Below, piece by piece: positions 50,816-60,316 of a DNA stretch of 64,000 nt. This stretch comes from an uncultured Chloroflexia bacterium (lineage in GTDB: Bacteria > Chloroflexota > Limnocylindria > QHBO01): NCBI GenBank assembly GCA_963814375.1, contig CAWFCQ010000008.1:416001-480000 (forward strand), given 5' to 3'. Numbering within the stretch: the first letter of the stretch is position 1; the number at the start of each line of letters is the position of its first letter. The position numbers and the translations under genes were made by a program. Under the pieces are notes generated by a model that was not told where the DNA came from, searched no databases, and saw nothing but the letters and a program-made list of their open reading frames with translations.

Positions 50816-51820
50816 ATGAAGGCGGCCTATCGAGATCGGTACGGGCCGCCCGAGGTCGTGGAGATCCGCGATGTCGAGCGACCCGAGCCCGGCGAGGGCG
50901 AGGTGCTCGTGCGTGTCCGTGCTGCATCGGTCAACCGCGCCGACCTCGACGGGCTCAAGCCGAAGCCGGGGTTCGTGCGCCTGTTCATGGGACTCCGCGC
51001 GCCGAGGGACCACGAGGTCGGCATCGACGCGGCGGGCGTCGTCGAGGCGGTCGGGACCGGTGTGACCAGGTTCAAGCCTGGCGACGAGGTCATGACCGAC
51101 CTGTTCGCGGCCGGGAAGTTCGGCGCCTTCGCGGAGTACGTCTGCGCCCGCGAGAAGGCCTTCGAGCCGATCCCGGCGGGCATGACGTTCGAGGAGGCCG
51201 CCACGCTGCCGCACTCGGCCGTGCTCGCGCTCCAGGGCATGCGCCTTCGCGACGGGCGGACGTTCAGCCCTGGCGACAAGGTGCTGATCGACGGCGCGTC
51301 GGGCAACGTCGGCCCGTTCGCGGTCCAGATCGCGAAGTCGATGGGCGCGGAGGTGACCGGCGTCGCCAGCGGCGACAAGCTCGACTTCGTGCGCTCGCTC
51401 GGAGCCGACCACGCGATCGACTACGAGAGCGTCGACTACACCCGAGCCGGCGAACGATACGACTGGATCGTGGCGGTGGACTCGCACCATTCGATCCGCT
51501 CCGTACGGCGAGCCCTGAACCCCGGCGGCGTGTATCTGACAATGGGCGGCGACAGCGGAAGCATCTTCGCGTCGCTGGGCGGCAGCCTGGTGGTGTCGCG
51601 GTTCGGCGACAGGTGGTCCGGGCTGATGCTGTGGTGGAAGCCGATGCATCGGCCGGACATCGAGACGCTGAAGGAGCTCATCGCCGCCGGCAAGGTCAAG
51701 CCGGTGATCGACCGGCGCTATCCGCTGGATGAGGTCGTCGCGGCGCTTCGATGGGTGGAGGATGGCCGCGCCCGCGGCAAGGTCGTCATCACGTTCGATG
51801 ACGCCGGCGGCAGCGCCTAG
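50816..51820 (+). CDS. NAD(P)-dependent MDR-family (quinone oxidoreductase-like) dehydrogenase
   Basis: AASVNRAD, GASGNVG, ARGKVVI. Confidence 0.9.
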   Translation: MKAAYRDRYGPPEVVEIRDVERPEPGEGEVLVRVRAASVNRADLDGLKPKPGFVRLFMGLRAPRDHEVGIDAAGVVEAVGTGVTRFKPGDEVMTDLFAAGKFGAFAEYVCAREKAFEPIPAGMTFEEAATLPHSAVLALQGMRLRDGRTFSPGDKVLIDGASGNVGPFAVQIAKSMGAEVTGVASGDKLDFVRSLGADHAIDYESVDYTRAGERYDWIVAVDSHHSIRSVRRALNPGGVYLTMGGDSGSIFASLGGSLVVSRFGDRWSGLMLWWKPMHRPDIETLKELIAAGKVKPVIDRRYPLDEVVAALRWVEDGRARGKVVITFDDAGGSA

Positions 51821-53163
51821 GGCTTCCGGGCTCGCGCCTTTCGATCGGGCTGAGGCGTCTGGCCATCGCCGCTCGCCGGCGCGACCGTCTCCTGGCCGAG
51901 ATCCTCATCGATGGGCGCCGCTGCATCGGACACGTCGACGGTATCCGCGACGGCCGGATCGGCTGGTGGGGGCAGCCCTCGGCCGACGGTGTCCGAGGGC
52001 ATCGGCAGATCGGGCGGTGCCAGCTCGGCATCCGCAAGCTCGTCCTGGCCCGTGCCCGCGGCCGGTGGCGTCTGTCCCGATATTGTCGTGACGCGCTGGG
52101 TGGTGGCCACCAGCATGTCCTGCGCGAATCGCTCGCTGAACCCGGCCAGGAACGCGAGGCTTCCATAGAAGAGGACCACGTCGGTGGGTGCGGTCGGTTC
52201 CTCGATCGGGATCAGACCCGACCCGACGATGAAGAAGAGGACGATCCCGAACACGGCGCCGATCACGGGCCGGAAGCCTCCCAACAGCCGGAGCTGCCAC
52301 GTGCCGGCGTCGTGATCGAGCTCCAGGTGCTGTCCGGTGAGCCGTGTCATGACGCTGACGACGGAGCCGACTCCGCCGAGGAGAATGCACACGACCAGGA
52401 TCTCGATCGTGGATCGCGCAGCACCGCCGATCGATTCTCCCCAGAGCAGCCGCCCGGCCATTGGTACGCCGAAACCCACCGCGAGTCCCACCAGCAGAAC
52501 CACGACGAACCCGACGGCCATGCCGACGATGTAATTGGTGACGGCGGCTCGGCGCGCCGCCCGCAGGTAGAAGTCCGCGGCGCGCTGGTAATCCCGCCTC
52601 TGGTAGGCGAGCGCCCGGCTCAGCAGCTCCTTGCCCTCGTCCGTCGTGCGCCCGAGCGGATCGGTCGGGTCGGTGAGGGCGTCCATCGTGTCGAGCGTGC
52701 CGGTCACCGCCGAGTAGATGAGCTCGAGGGCGGTGAAGCGTTCCGGGCCCTCCACGTTCGCCTTCACCGACGTCACGAGCGCCCTCGCCTCGTCGAGCCA
52801 GAACGTGAGCTCGGAGACCCGGGCCTTGAGCGGCGGGGTGATGATCTCGAACTCTCCGCGATCCGTGAGCACCGCACCGGCGGGCGTGTGGGTGGTCGTG
52901 TAGAAGTAGAGCGGCGTTCCGTACGCCGCGTTGAACGCCTGCCACAGGTGCGGGAGATACGCCTCGTAGGCGGTCCTCGCAGGCTCGTTGTCGGCGTTGG
53001 TGCGGTAGTAGTGGGCCTCGAGCACCTGGGAGAAGGTGGCTCGTTTCGACGCGATCGCGGCGTCGAACTCGGGATAGCCGGCCGGTGCCTGCTCGACCGC
53101 TCTCACCGCGGCTGTGTCCGCTCGATCCGGCAACTCACCCTCCAACCCGATGCGCTCGCGCAT
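51817..53163 (-). CDS. Hypothetical membrane protein
   Basis: Four TMs with GGVGSVVS..., RPVIGAVFG, LAGFSERF. Confidence 0.7.
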   Translation of the reverse strand: MRERIGLEGELPDRADTAAVRAVEQAPAGYPEFDAAIASKRATFSQVLEAHYYRTNADNEPARTAYEAYLPHLWQAFNAAYGTPLYFYTTTHTPAGAVLTDRGEFEIITPPLKARVSELTFWLDEARALVTSVKANVEGPERFTALELIYSAVTGTLDTMDALTDPTDPLGRTTDEGKELLSRALAYQRRDYQRAADFYLRAARRAAVTNYIVGMAVGFVVVLLVGLAVGFGVPMAGRLLWGESIGGAARSTIEILVVCILLGGVGSVVSVMTRLTGQHLELDHDAGTWQLRLLGGFRPVIGAVFGIVLFFIVGSGLIPIEEPTAPTDVVLFYGSLAFLAGFSERFAQDMLVATTQRVTTISGQTPPAAGTGQDELADAELAPPDLPMPSDTVGRGLPPPADPAVADTVDVSDAAAPIDEDLGQETVAPASGDGQTPQPDRKARARKP

Positions 53164-53193
53164 GCTGCGCCATCGGGCGCATCCAGATCAAGG

Positions 53194-53910
53194 TCAGTCG
53201 ATAGCCGTGCGCAGCTCCTCCGCGCGCGCGAGATCGTCGGCAAGCGCCGCGCGCTCGTCGGGATCCAGGGAAATCAACGAGGCCTTGCCGAGGAGCTCGA
53301 TCGCGAGAGCGTCGTCACCGAGGGCGTGGGCGGCCTCCGCGCGAAGGATCAACGCCTGGACCTGGATGCGATCCGGTGCATCGGGCTCGTCGGCCATGGC
53401 AGCGTCGATGACCCGAGCGGTCGTCTGCGGGTCGCCCTTCGAGTCCATCAGCAGGGTTGCGGCACCGAGCGCCTTCTCGAGCCGCGAGGTCGGACGCGTC
53501 GCCTCATCGGTGACGGCCAACGGCTGACCGATGCGAATGATGTTGCCGCCGGGATCGGTCATGAGGAACTGGCGAACGCCGTAGGACATGTCCCTGAGCG
53601 CCCCGATCCGGGGGATGCCACGGGTCGGGATGCGCCCGAGGCTCCGCTTCATGCCTTCCCGGAAGTCGGCGTACAGCGTGTCGACGTCCGAGACGATGAC
53701 GTAGCACGTGCTGTATGAGTCGGCGGGCTCATAACCCTTGAGGACGAAGAACTGGAGCTCGATCGCGCCGCGCTGGACCGATGCGAACACGTTCGGCGTC
53801 TTCTGCCGGTAGGTGACCTCGAATCCGAGCGACTCGTAGAACTCGAGCTGATCGTCGATCGACCGGCACGGGAGGATCGGGATCATCCGATCGGGGGGCA
53901 GACCGCTCAC
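53194..53910 (-). CDS. VOC/bleomycin-resistance family with helical C-terminal extension
   Basis: IPILPC, FYESLGF, YGVRQF..TDPGGN. Confidence 0.85.
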   Translation of the reverse strand: MSGLPPDRMIPILPCRSIDDQLEFYESLGFEVTYRQKTPNVFASVQRGAIELQFFVLKGYEPADSYSTCYVIVSDVDTLYADFREGMKRSLGRIPTRGIPRIGALRDMSYGVRQFLMTDPGGNIIRIGQPLAVTDEATRPTSRLEKALGAATLLMDSKGDPQTTARVIDAAMADEPDAPDRIQVQALILRAEAAHALGDDALAIELLGKASLISLDPDERAALADDLARAEELRTAID

Positions 53911-53923
53911 CGAACCATCCTAC

Positions 53924-53950
53924 CGATGAGCGTGGCGGTCGACCGTGGTC
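53924..53950 (+). promoter_or_regulatory. CGATGA-N18-GTC ECF-type promoter
   Basis: cgatga...gtctgata, 9 nt before the MFS ATG. Confidence 0.65.
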
Positions 53951-53959
53951 TGATAGACC

Positions 53960-55552
53960 ATGACTCAGATGTCGGGCGAGAGCGCTGTGCCAGCACGGGC
54001 GACAAGCCGGGAGTGGATCGGCCTTGGGGTCCTCACGCTGGCAGCGCTCGTCTATGCGATGGATCTCACCGTGCTGAACCTCGCCATCCCTCGGATCAGC
54101 GAGGAGCTGCGGCCGTCGAGCGTGCAGCTGCTCTGGATGATCGACATCTATGGCTTCCTCGTCGCCGGTCTGCTGATCACGATGGGGACGCTTGGGGACC
54201 GCATCGGCCGCCGCAAGCTCCTGCTGTGGGGCGCCGGCGGCTTCGCCCTGGCGTCGCTGCTCGCCGCGTTCTCGGCCAGCTCAGAGATGCTCATCGCGAG
54301 CCGCGCGGTCATGGGGGTCGCAGGGGCGACCATCGCGCCGTCGACCCTGTCGCTGATCTTCACGATGTTCCTCGACACCAAGCAGCGTTCGACGGCGATC
54401 GGCGTCTGGATCGCCGCGTACTCCGCCGGAGGCGCCATCGGCCCTCTCCTGGGTGGCGTGCTCCTCGAGTTCTTCTGGTGGGGATCGGTCTTCCTGATCG
54501 GGGTTCCCGTGATGGCGCTTCTGCTCATCCTCGGCCCGCGCACCCTGCCCGAGTACCGGGACCCGAACGCCCGGCCACTCGACCTTGCGAGCGCCGCGAT
54601 GTCGCTGCTCGCCATCCTCGGCGTGGTGTATGGGCTGAAGGAGCTCGCGCAGGATGGGCTGGCGCCGATGCCGATACTCTCGATCGCGGCCGGCGTGCTT
54701 GTCGGGATCGTGTTCGTGCGCCGGCAGCTTCGGCTCGAGTCGCCGATCATCGACGTCCGCCTCTTCCGGATCCGAGCCTTCAGCGCCTCGCTCGGCACCT
54801 ACCTGCTCGGCATCTTCGTCGTCGTCGGCTACTTCCTCTTCATCTCTCAGTACCTCCAGCTCGTCCTCGGCCTCTCGCCGCTCAACGCCGCGCTGTGGTC
54901 CCTTCCGTCAGCGGTTGGGTTCATCGTCGGCTCAACCGTCGCGCCCAAGATCATTCATCGCTTCCGCCCGTCGCTGATCATGGGGGTGGGCATGGCGATC
55001 GCCGCGGTCGGCACCGCGATGCTCCTCGGGCTCTCCGTCGACGGCGAGGGGAGCCTGCTCATCATCGCCGCGGCATCGGTCGTGATCTCGCTCGGGCTCG
55101 CTCCCGTGATCACCCTTGCCACCGAGCTCATCGTGGGCAGCGCCCCGCCCGAGCAGGCCGGAGCCGCCACCGGGATGTCGGAGACGAGCGGCGAGCTGGG
55201 CGGCGCCCTCGGGATCGCGCTGCTCGGCAGTCTCGGTGTCGCGGTGTACCGCAGCGAGATAGGAGAGTCGCTCCCGTCCGGAATCCCCGCTGAGGCGGCG
55301 GACGCGGCGCTTGACACGCTCGGCGGTGCGGTTGCGATTGCTCAGACGCTTCCGGGAGAGCTGGGGACCGCGCTCGTCGAGGTGGCGCAGGTCGCCTTCG
55401 TCGATGCGCTCCACTTCGTCGCGGCGGTTGCCGCGGTGCTGGCTGCGGCGACGGCGATCATCGCCGCGGCTGCCCTCTGGAACGTCCCGGCTCGCTCCGA
55501 GCCGGCGCCGGATGAGGACGCGCCTTCCCAGGCCGTCGCCGCCACCGACTGA
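53960..55552 (+). CDS. MFS drug:H+ antiporter (DHA2, 14 TM)
   Basis: DLTVLNLAIP, GDRIGRRK, GPLLGG. Confidence 0.92.
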   Translation: MTQMSGESAVPARATSREWIGLGVLTLAALVYAMDLTVLNLAIPRISEELRPSSVQLLWMIDIYGFLVAGLLITMGTLGDRIGRRKLLLWGAGGFALASLLAAFSASSEMLIASRAVMGVAGATIAPSTLSLIFTMFLDTKQRSTAIGVWIAAYSAGGAIGPLLGGVLLEFFWWGSVFLIGVPVMALLLILGPRTLPEYRDPNARPLDLASAAMSLLAILGVVYGLKELAQDGLAPMPILSIAAGVLVGIVFVRRQLRLESPIIDVRLFRIRAFSASLGTYLLGIFVVVGYFLFISQYLQLVLGLSPLNAALWSLPSAVGFIVGSTVAPKIIHRFRPSLIMGVGMAIAAVGTAMLLGLSVDGEGSLLIIAAASVVISLGLAPVITLATELIVGSAPPEQAGAATGMSETSGELGGALGIALLGSLGVAVYRSEIGESLPSGIPAEAADAALDTLGGAVAIAQTLPGELGTALVEVAQVAFVDALHFVAAVAAVLAAATAIIAAAALWNVPARSEPAPDEDAPSQAVAATD

Positions 55553-55569
55553 GCCGGCGTGGCATTGCG

Positions 55570-55718
55570 AACCGTTCGAATTCACACCGGGCTTGCGTTA
55601 GGCTCCGAATCGGCCCGCCAACCGTCGAGATTCACACCCGGTGGGCACCCGGGCCCGAAACTGACGGTTCGAGCCGCCTTCCCGGGCATAACGGTCAGCC
55701 CATGTGAAATCGGACGTT
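55570..55718. repeat. Fold-back intergenic element with four AACCGT..TTCACA-like motifs
   Basis: Direct copies at 55570 and 55620; inverted copies ending 55669 and 55718. Confidence 0.65.
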
Positions 55719-55763
55719 CCGTGCGTCGCCAAGGGCTTGACACCTGGGGCGTAGCCTCAGCGC

Positions 55764-56201
55764 ATGAGCACTGAACTGCCCGATGGCCCCGACCTCGACG
55801 AGATGCTCCAGCTCCTGCGCGACACCTTCCCCGATGCCGTGGTCGCCACCATCGACAGCGCCGCCTTCTTCTCGCTCGACGAGAAGCACTGGCCGAATTT
55901 CGCGACCGTGGTATGGACCGATGAGCACGACGAGGGTGCGCCATCGGACCTTGCCCGTGAGGGCGTCTATCGGGTCAACGTCGGCGTCGACCGCGAGACG
56001 TTCCAGCAGCTCGTCGGCCCGATGACCGACCCCGACTACGTCGCCCTCGATCGATTCATGCCGCACCCGGTCTACGCCAGGCAGCGATGGATCGCCATCC
56101 TCAACCCGAGCCACGAGACGATCCGATCCACGCTCATGCCGCTCATCGCGGCCGGTCATGCTCGACTCAGGGCACGACGTGCCGGCGCATCGGTCAGCTG
56201 A
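55764..56201 (+). CDS. DUF6194-like protein
   Basis: FATV, GVYRVNVG, PHPVYA..WIAILNP. Confidence 0.8.
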   Translation: MSTELPDGPDLDEMLQLLRDTFPDAVVATIDSAAFFSLDEKHWPNFATVVWTDEHDEGAPSDLAREGVYRVNVGVDRETFQQLVGPMTDPDYVALDRFMPHPVYARQRWIAILNPSHETIRSTLMPLIAAGHARLRARRAGASVS

Positions 56202-56218
56202 CGCTGGTTGGTGGCCGA

Positions 56219-56245
56219 TGTCGAGAATCGATGCTCGGCTCCGTT
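56219..56245 (+). promoter_or_regulatory. ECF42-type promoter candidate TGTCGA-N17-CGTT
   Basis: Upstream of the YciI-ECF42 operon. Confidence 0.55.
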
Positions 56246-56301
56246 ATTGCGGTGAACGGTGCGAGACGCGCGCCGCGAAAACCGATGGAGGCACCCTGGA
56301 A

Positions 56302-56745
56302 ATGACCCGATACCTGCTCGGCGTGACCTTCGAGCCCGGCGTCGTCACCACCCCGATGGAGGAGTGGCAGCCGGAAGAGATCGAGGCGCACATGGACTAC
56401 TACCGCACGCTCAACCGTGAGCTGAGCCAGAACGGCGAGCTGACCGGGGGCGAGATCCTGACCGGCCCGGACCTCGCGAAGATCGTCACCTCTGACGGCG
56501 CGACGGCGCCGGTCGTCACCGACGGTCCGTTCGCCGAGTTCAAGGAGTGGCTCGCCGGGTACCAGATCTTCGATGTCGAGTCGGAGGAGCGTGCCCTCGA
56601 GATCGCCGCGCGACTTTCCGCCGTACCCGGCCCGGGCGGTGTTCCGCTCCAGCAGCCCATCCACGTTCGCCGGATCATGGACGAGGGCCCGTCGACGGCG
56701 GACGAGATGCGCGAGTACGCGGGGACCGCCGGAGGCGAGCGCTGA
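56302..56745 (+). CDS. YciI/DGPF family protein
   Basis: TDGPFAEFKEWLAGY. Confidence 0.92.
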   Translation: MTRYLLGVTFEPGVVTTPMEEWQPEEIEAHMDYYRTLNRELSQNGELTGGEILTGPDLAKIVTSDGATAPVVTDGPFAEFKEWLAGYQIFDVESEERALEIAARLSAVPGPGGVPLQQPIHVRRIMDEGPSTADEMREYAGTAGGER

Positions 56746-57971
56746 CCGTCGAGACTCAGGTCGAGGGCCTGCTGCGCGAGATGGCGCCGCGGGTCCTCGC
56801 CTCCCTCGCCCGCCGATATGGCGATTTTGACGCGGCGGAGGATGCGGTCCAGGAGGCGCTCATCACCGCCGCCGAGCGGTGGCCGCGCTCCGGCATTCCC
56901 GATCAGCCATTCGGCTGGCTGACGCGCAGCGCGACGCGCCGCCTGGTCGATGCCTGGCGGTCGAACCGCGCCCGTGTGGAGCGCGAGCGCCTCGTCTCCA
57001 GCGGCCAGGCGACAACCTCGCCCTTAGTCGTCGCCGAAGAGGACGACTCGCTGCTCCTCCTGTTCCTCTGCTGCCATCCTGCGCTGCCGCCGGCATCGGC
57101 CATCCCGCTGACGCTGCGGGCGGTGGGTGGCCTGACAACGGCGGAGATCGCCCGCGCCTTCTTGGTTCCCGAGGCGACGATGGCCCAGCGGATCAGCCGG
57201 GCGAAGGGGCGCATCCGCGCCTCCGGCGTACCGTTCGCCATGCCGCCGACGGAGGAGCGCAGCGAGCGACTCCGGTCGGTGCTCCACGTCCTGTACCTGC
57301 TCTTCAACGAGGGCCACACGGCGAGCGCCGGTCCGTCGCTGCACCGCGTGGACCTGTCCGACGAGGCCATTCGCCTGGCCCGCATGCTCCTCGCCGCCGT
57401 GCCACAGGATGGGGAGGCCGCGGCGCTGCTGGCGCTCATGCTCCTGACCGATGCCCGACGGCCGGCACGCCTGGACGCCGATGGCGAGCTCGTCCCGCTT
57501 CCGGACCAGGACCGTTCGCTCTGGAGCCGCGAGCGCATTGCGGAGGGACTCGCGCTGCTGGGACGTGCGAGCGCTGCCGCGCCGCTTGGCGAGTACGGCG
57601 TGCAGGCGGCTATTGCAGCCGTCCACGACGAAGCCGTATCGGCCGACGCGACGGATTGGCCGACGATCGTGACGCTTTATCAGCAGCTGGAGGAGATGAC
57701 CGGCAACCCGGTCGTCACGGTCAACCGCGCGGTCGCCGTCGCCATGGCCGACGGGCCGGACGCCGGCCTCGCCTTGCTGGACGAGGCCAGCGACCGCCTC
57801 GGGTCGAGCCACCGACCTGATGCCGTGCGGGCTCATCTCCTCGAGATGGCGGGGGATCGGGAAGCGGCTGTGGTGTGCTACCGAGCGGCTGCTCAGCGAG
57901 CGACATCGGTCCCGGAGCGCCGGTATCTCACGATGCGGGCCGCCCGCCTGGTCCGATCTCGTACGCGCTGA
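56742..57971 (+). CDS. ECF42 sigma factor with TPR/DUF6596 extension (start uncertain)
   Basis: AEDAVQEA, LFLCCHPAL, LYLLFNEG, QDRSLW. Confidence 0.92.
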   Translation: MTVETQVEGLLREMAPRVLASLARRYGDFDAAEDAVQEALITAAERWPRSGIPDQPFGWLTRSATRRLVDAWRSNRARVERERLVSSGQATTSPLVVAEEDDSLLLLFLCCHPALPPASAIPLTLRAVGGLTTAEIARAFLVPEATMAQRISRAKGRIRASGVPFAMPPTEERSERLRSVLHVLYLLFNEGHTASAGPSLHRVDLSDEAIRLARMLLAAVPQDGEAAALLALMLLTDARRPARLDADGELVPLPDQDRSLWSRERIAEGLALLGRASAAAPLGEYGVQAAIAAVHDEAVSADATDWPTIVTLYQQLEEMTGNPVVTVNRAVAVAMADGPDAGLALLDEASDRLGSSHRPDAVRAHLLEMAGDREAAVVCYRAAAQRATSVPERRYLTMRAARLVRSRTR

Positions 57972-57996
57972 TGGACCGAAAGCCGATCGGCTGCGG

Positions 57997-58581
57997 ATGA
58001 CGCTCGATCGCCTGCCAGGACCGATGCGGCGATGGCTGTACGCGGGCGGGACACGCCAGGATCGGCTGCGCGATCCGGATGCGGTGATCGCGGCCCTCGA
58101 TGTCCGACCCGGCATGGTCGTCGGCGATCTCGGTCCGGGCGCGGGCCACTTCACCCTCCGCCTCGCGCGCGCGGTTGAGCCCGACGGCGTGGTGTTCGCG
58201 CTCGATGCGCGGCAGAGCATGCTCGATGACCTGCGCCGCGTCGCGGACGACCGTGGAATCACGACCCTGCGTCTGGTGCTCGTGCATCCGAAGAAGATCG
58301 AGATTCCGGAGCCGGTCGACCTTCTCTTCGTCTCGGCGACATATCACCATCTGCCGGAGCCGGCGAGGTATTTCGCGGAAGCTCGCCCCTACCTTCGGAG
58401 CGGGGCACGTGTCGCGATCCTCGAGTCTCGGCGCGAGGGTCTGCTGGCCCGTTGGCATGGGCGCCACGCGACGTCGCCTCGCCGCGTCGTCCGCCAGATG
58501 GCGGAGGCCGGGTATAGGCTCAGTGCGACTCACGACGTCGTTCGCGGCTACTGGTTCGGCCTGTTCGAGCTCGATCCCTGA
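57997..58581 (+). CDS. Class I SAM-dependent methyltransferase
   Basis: DLGPGAGHF motif I; YHHL. Confidence 0.82.
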   Translation: MTLDRLPGPMRRWLYAGGTRQDRLRDPDAVIAALDVRPGMVVGDLGPGAGHFTLRLARAVEPDGVVFALDARQSMLDDLRRVADDRGITTLRLVLVHPKKIEIPEPVDLLFVSATYHHLPEPARYFAEARPYLRSGARVAILESRREGLLARWHGRHATSPRRVVRQMAEAGYRLSATHDVVRGYWFGLFELDP

Positions 58582-58589
58582 GGAGCGCC

Positions 58590-59261
58590 TCACTCCCCGG
58601 TGTCTGAGGGCGGCCGGGTGGACCCGTCCGGCCAGGCGGCAATGCACACCTTGTTGCCGGCACGGTCGGCGAGAATCCAGCTGCCGGGCGCCGCCGACTC
58701 GTCCACGATGCGGCCACCGGCGGCCAGCGCTGTCGCGAGCCGTGCTTCGGCGTGCTCGCGCGCCACCGACACGTCGACATGCATCGCATGGCGCAATGGC
58801 TTGGCCTCATCCAGATCCTGCATCCAGACCGTCGATCCGTGTCCGAGCGGGTCGACGGCGTTGTCGCCCGCCATCGGCGAGTAGCCGAGCACCGCGCGCC
58901 AGAAGCCGACGTCGATCGCGTCGGGCTTCGCGGCGACCGCGACCTGAACCTCCTGGACGGCCGCCCGGTCGGCGTGCGCCCCGTGCTCGCGCGCAACTGC
59001 CGAGACCGCCCGCGCCAGCTCGACATGCCGGGGTTCCAGCTGCCACATGTCGCGGCTCAATCGCACCGTGAGGCGGTCATCCGCGATCGTCAGCAGCGCT
59101 CCCGAGCCCTCCAGGCCGGCGATCCCAACGATTGCCTCGGCGAGTTGAGCCGCCTGTCGAGCCGATCCGACGCGGAACAACGCGGTCGCGCCGCCGTGCA
59201 GCACGACCCAATCGTCGACACCATCCGTGGCGAGGAACTCCCGCCAGCCTTCCTCGCTCAT
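58590..59261 (-). CDS. Pterin dehydratase-like + VOC protein (in frame with upstream ORF)
   Basis: FWRAVLGY, MHVDV, LADRAGNKVC; paralog of 41736..42416. Confidence 0.8.
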   Translation of the reverse strand: MSEEGWREFLATDGVDDWVVLHGGATALFRVGSARQAAQLAEAIVGIAGLEGSGALLTIADDRLTVRLSRDMWQLEPRHVELARAVSAVAREHGAHADRAAVQEVQVAVAAKPDAIDVGFWRAVLGYSPMAGDNAVDPLGHGSTVWMQDLDEAKPLRHAMHVDVSVAREHAEARLATALAAGGRIVDESAAPGSWILADRAGNKVCIAAWPDGSTRPPSDTGE

Positions 59262-59732
59262 GTCCGGCGGGAGCTCGAAGACGGGCCGACCCTTCGCAGC
59301 CTCAACCGGGTCGTTCAGATCGACGCCATCGACGGCTCGGATGAACCGCACACCGAACGGAACGCTGCGGGCAAGTCCGCCGAGATCGTCGCGGAAGAAA
59401 CCGATGCGGTTCTCGGGGCTCAGTTCGGTGGCGCGAACCTTCTCGGTCCGGCCGTGCTTGCTGACCGTCGCCTCGCCGGCGGCGCGGAGGTTGCGGACCC
59501 AGTGGACATCTCCCCACGGCGCCCAGATCCATCGCCTGCCCGAGTACTCAATGATCGCCACCGGATTGGTGCGAGGCAGGCCGCTCTTTCGGCCGCGGAT
59601 CGTGACCAGCCCGTTCGGGCCGAGCGGGATTCCGGCTCTGATGAGGAACGTGGCGAGGGGACTGAACATCGTGACCCACCACGGGGCGCCAGGATCGACG
59701 GCACTTCGGGCAGGCATCTCTTGAGCGGTCAT
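59258..59732 (-). CDS. Deazaflavin-dependent nitroreductase family (no stop before next gene as sequenced)
   Basis: GRKSGLPRTNPV, WVRNLRAAG, PVFEL. Confidence 0.8.
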
Positions 59733-59819
59733 GTGCTTGGGCCCCGCAATTGGTATGCCTCTGCCGACGACGCGGCCATCCAGGCGGCGCTTGCGTGCCG
59801 AATGGCGTAGCGTTGGACG

Positions 59820-60272
59820 GTGAGCCGGGAAGTCGAGGAATCGAATCGGCACCTCCTCCGCGCCCGCGACGCCATGGACCGCGCCTACGCCGAGCCGCTC
59901 GACGTGCGCGCCGTGGCCGCGGTGGCGCATGTTTCCGAGGCACATTTCATCCGCAGCTTCCGGGCCGCGTTCGGCGAGACGCCGCATCGGTACCTGCAAC
60001 GCCGTCGGGTGGAGCGCTCGATGTTCCTGCTTCGCGAGACGGATCGCAGCGTCACCGAGATCTGCTTCGACGTCGGCTTCACCAGCCTGGGGACCTTCAG
60101 CCGCACGTTCCGCGACATCGTTGGCGAGACGCCCTCGGGTTACCGGCAGGGGAACGGGCCGATCATCGCGCCGAACTGCGTCCAGATGGCTGTCACGCGC
60201 CCGCGTTCCGCGGCGCACGTGAAGCCGCGATCGAGCAGTTTCGGAGAAGCCGCAACGGCCGCGGCTCCCTAG
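59820..60272 (+). CDS. AraC family regulator
   Basis: SEAHFIRSF, FGETPH, VGFTSLGTFSRTF. Confidence 0.9.
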   Translation: MSREVEESNRHLLRARDAMDRAYAEPLDVRAVAAVAHVSEAHFIRSFRAAFGETPHRYLQRRRVERSMFLLRETDRSVTEICFDVGFTSLGTFSRTFRDIVGETPSGYRQGNGPIIAPNCVQMAVTRPRSAAHVKPRSSSFGEAATAAAP

Positions 60273-60316
60273 CATGGCGGTCATCCACATCGAGACCCAC
60301 AGGGGAGATATTCGGA

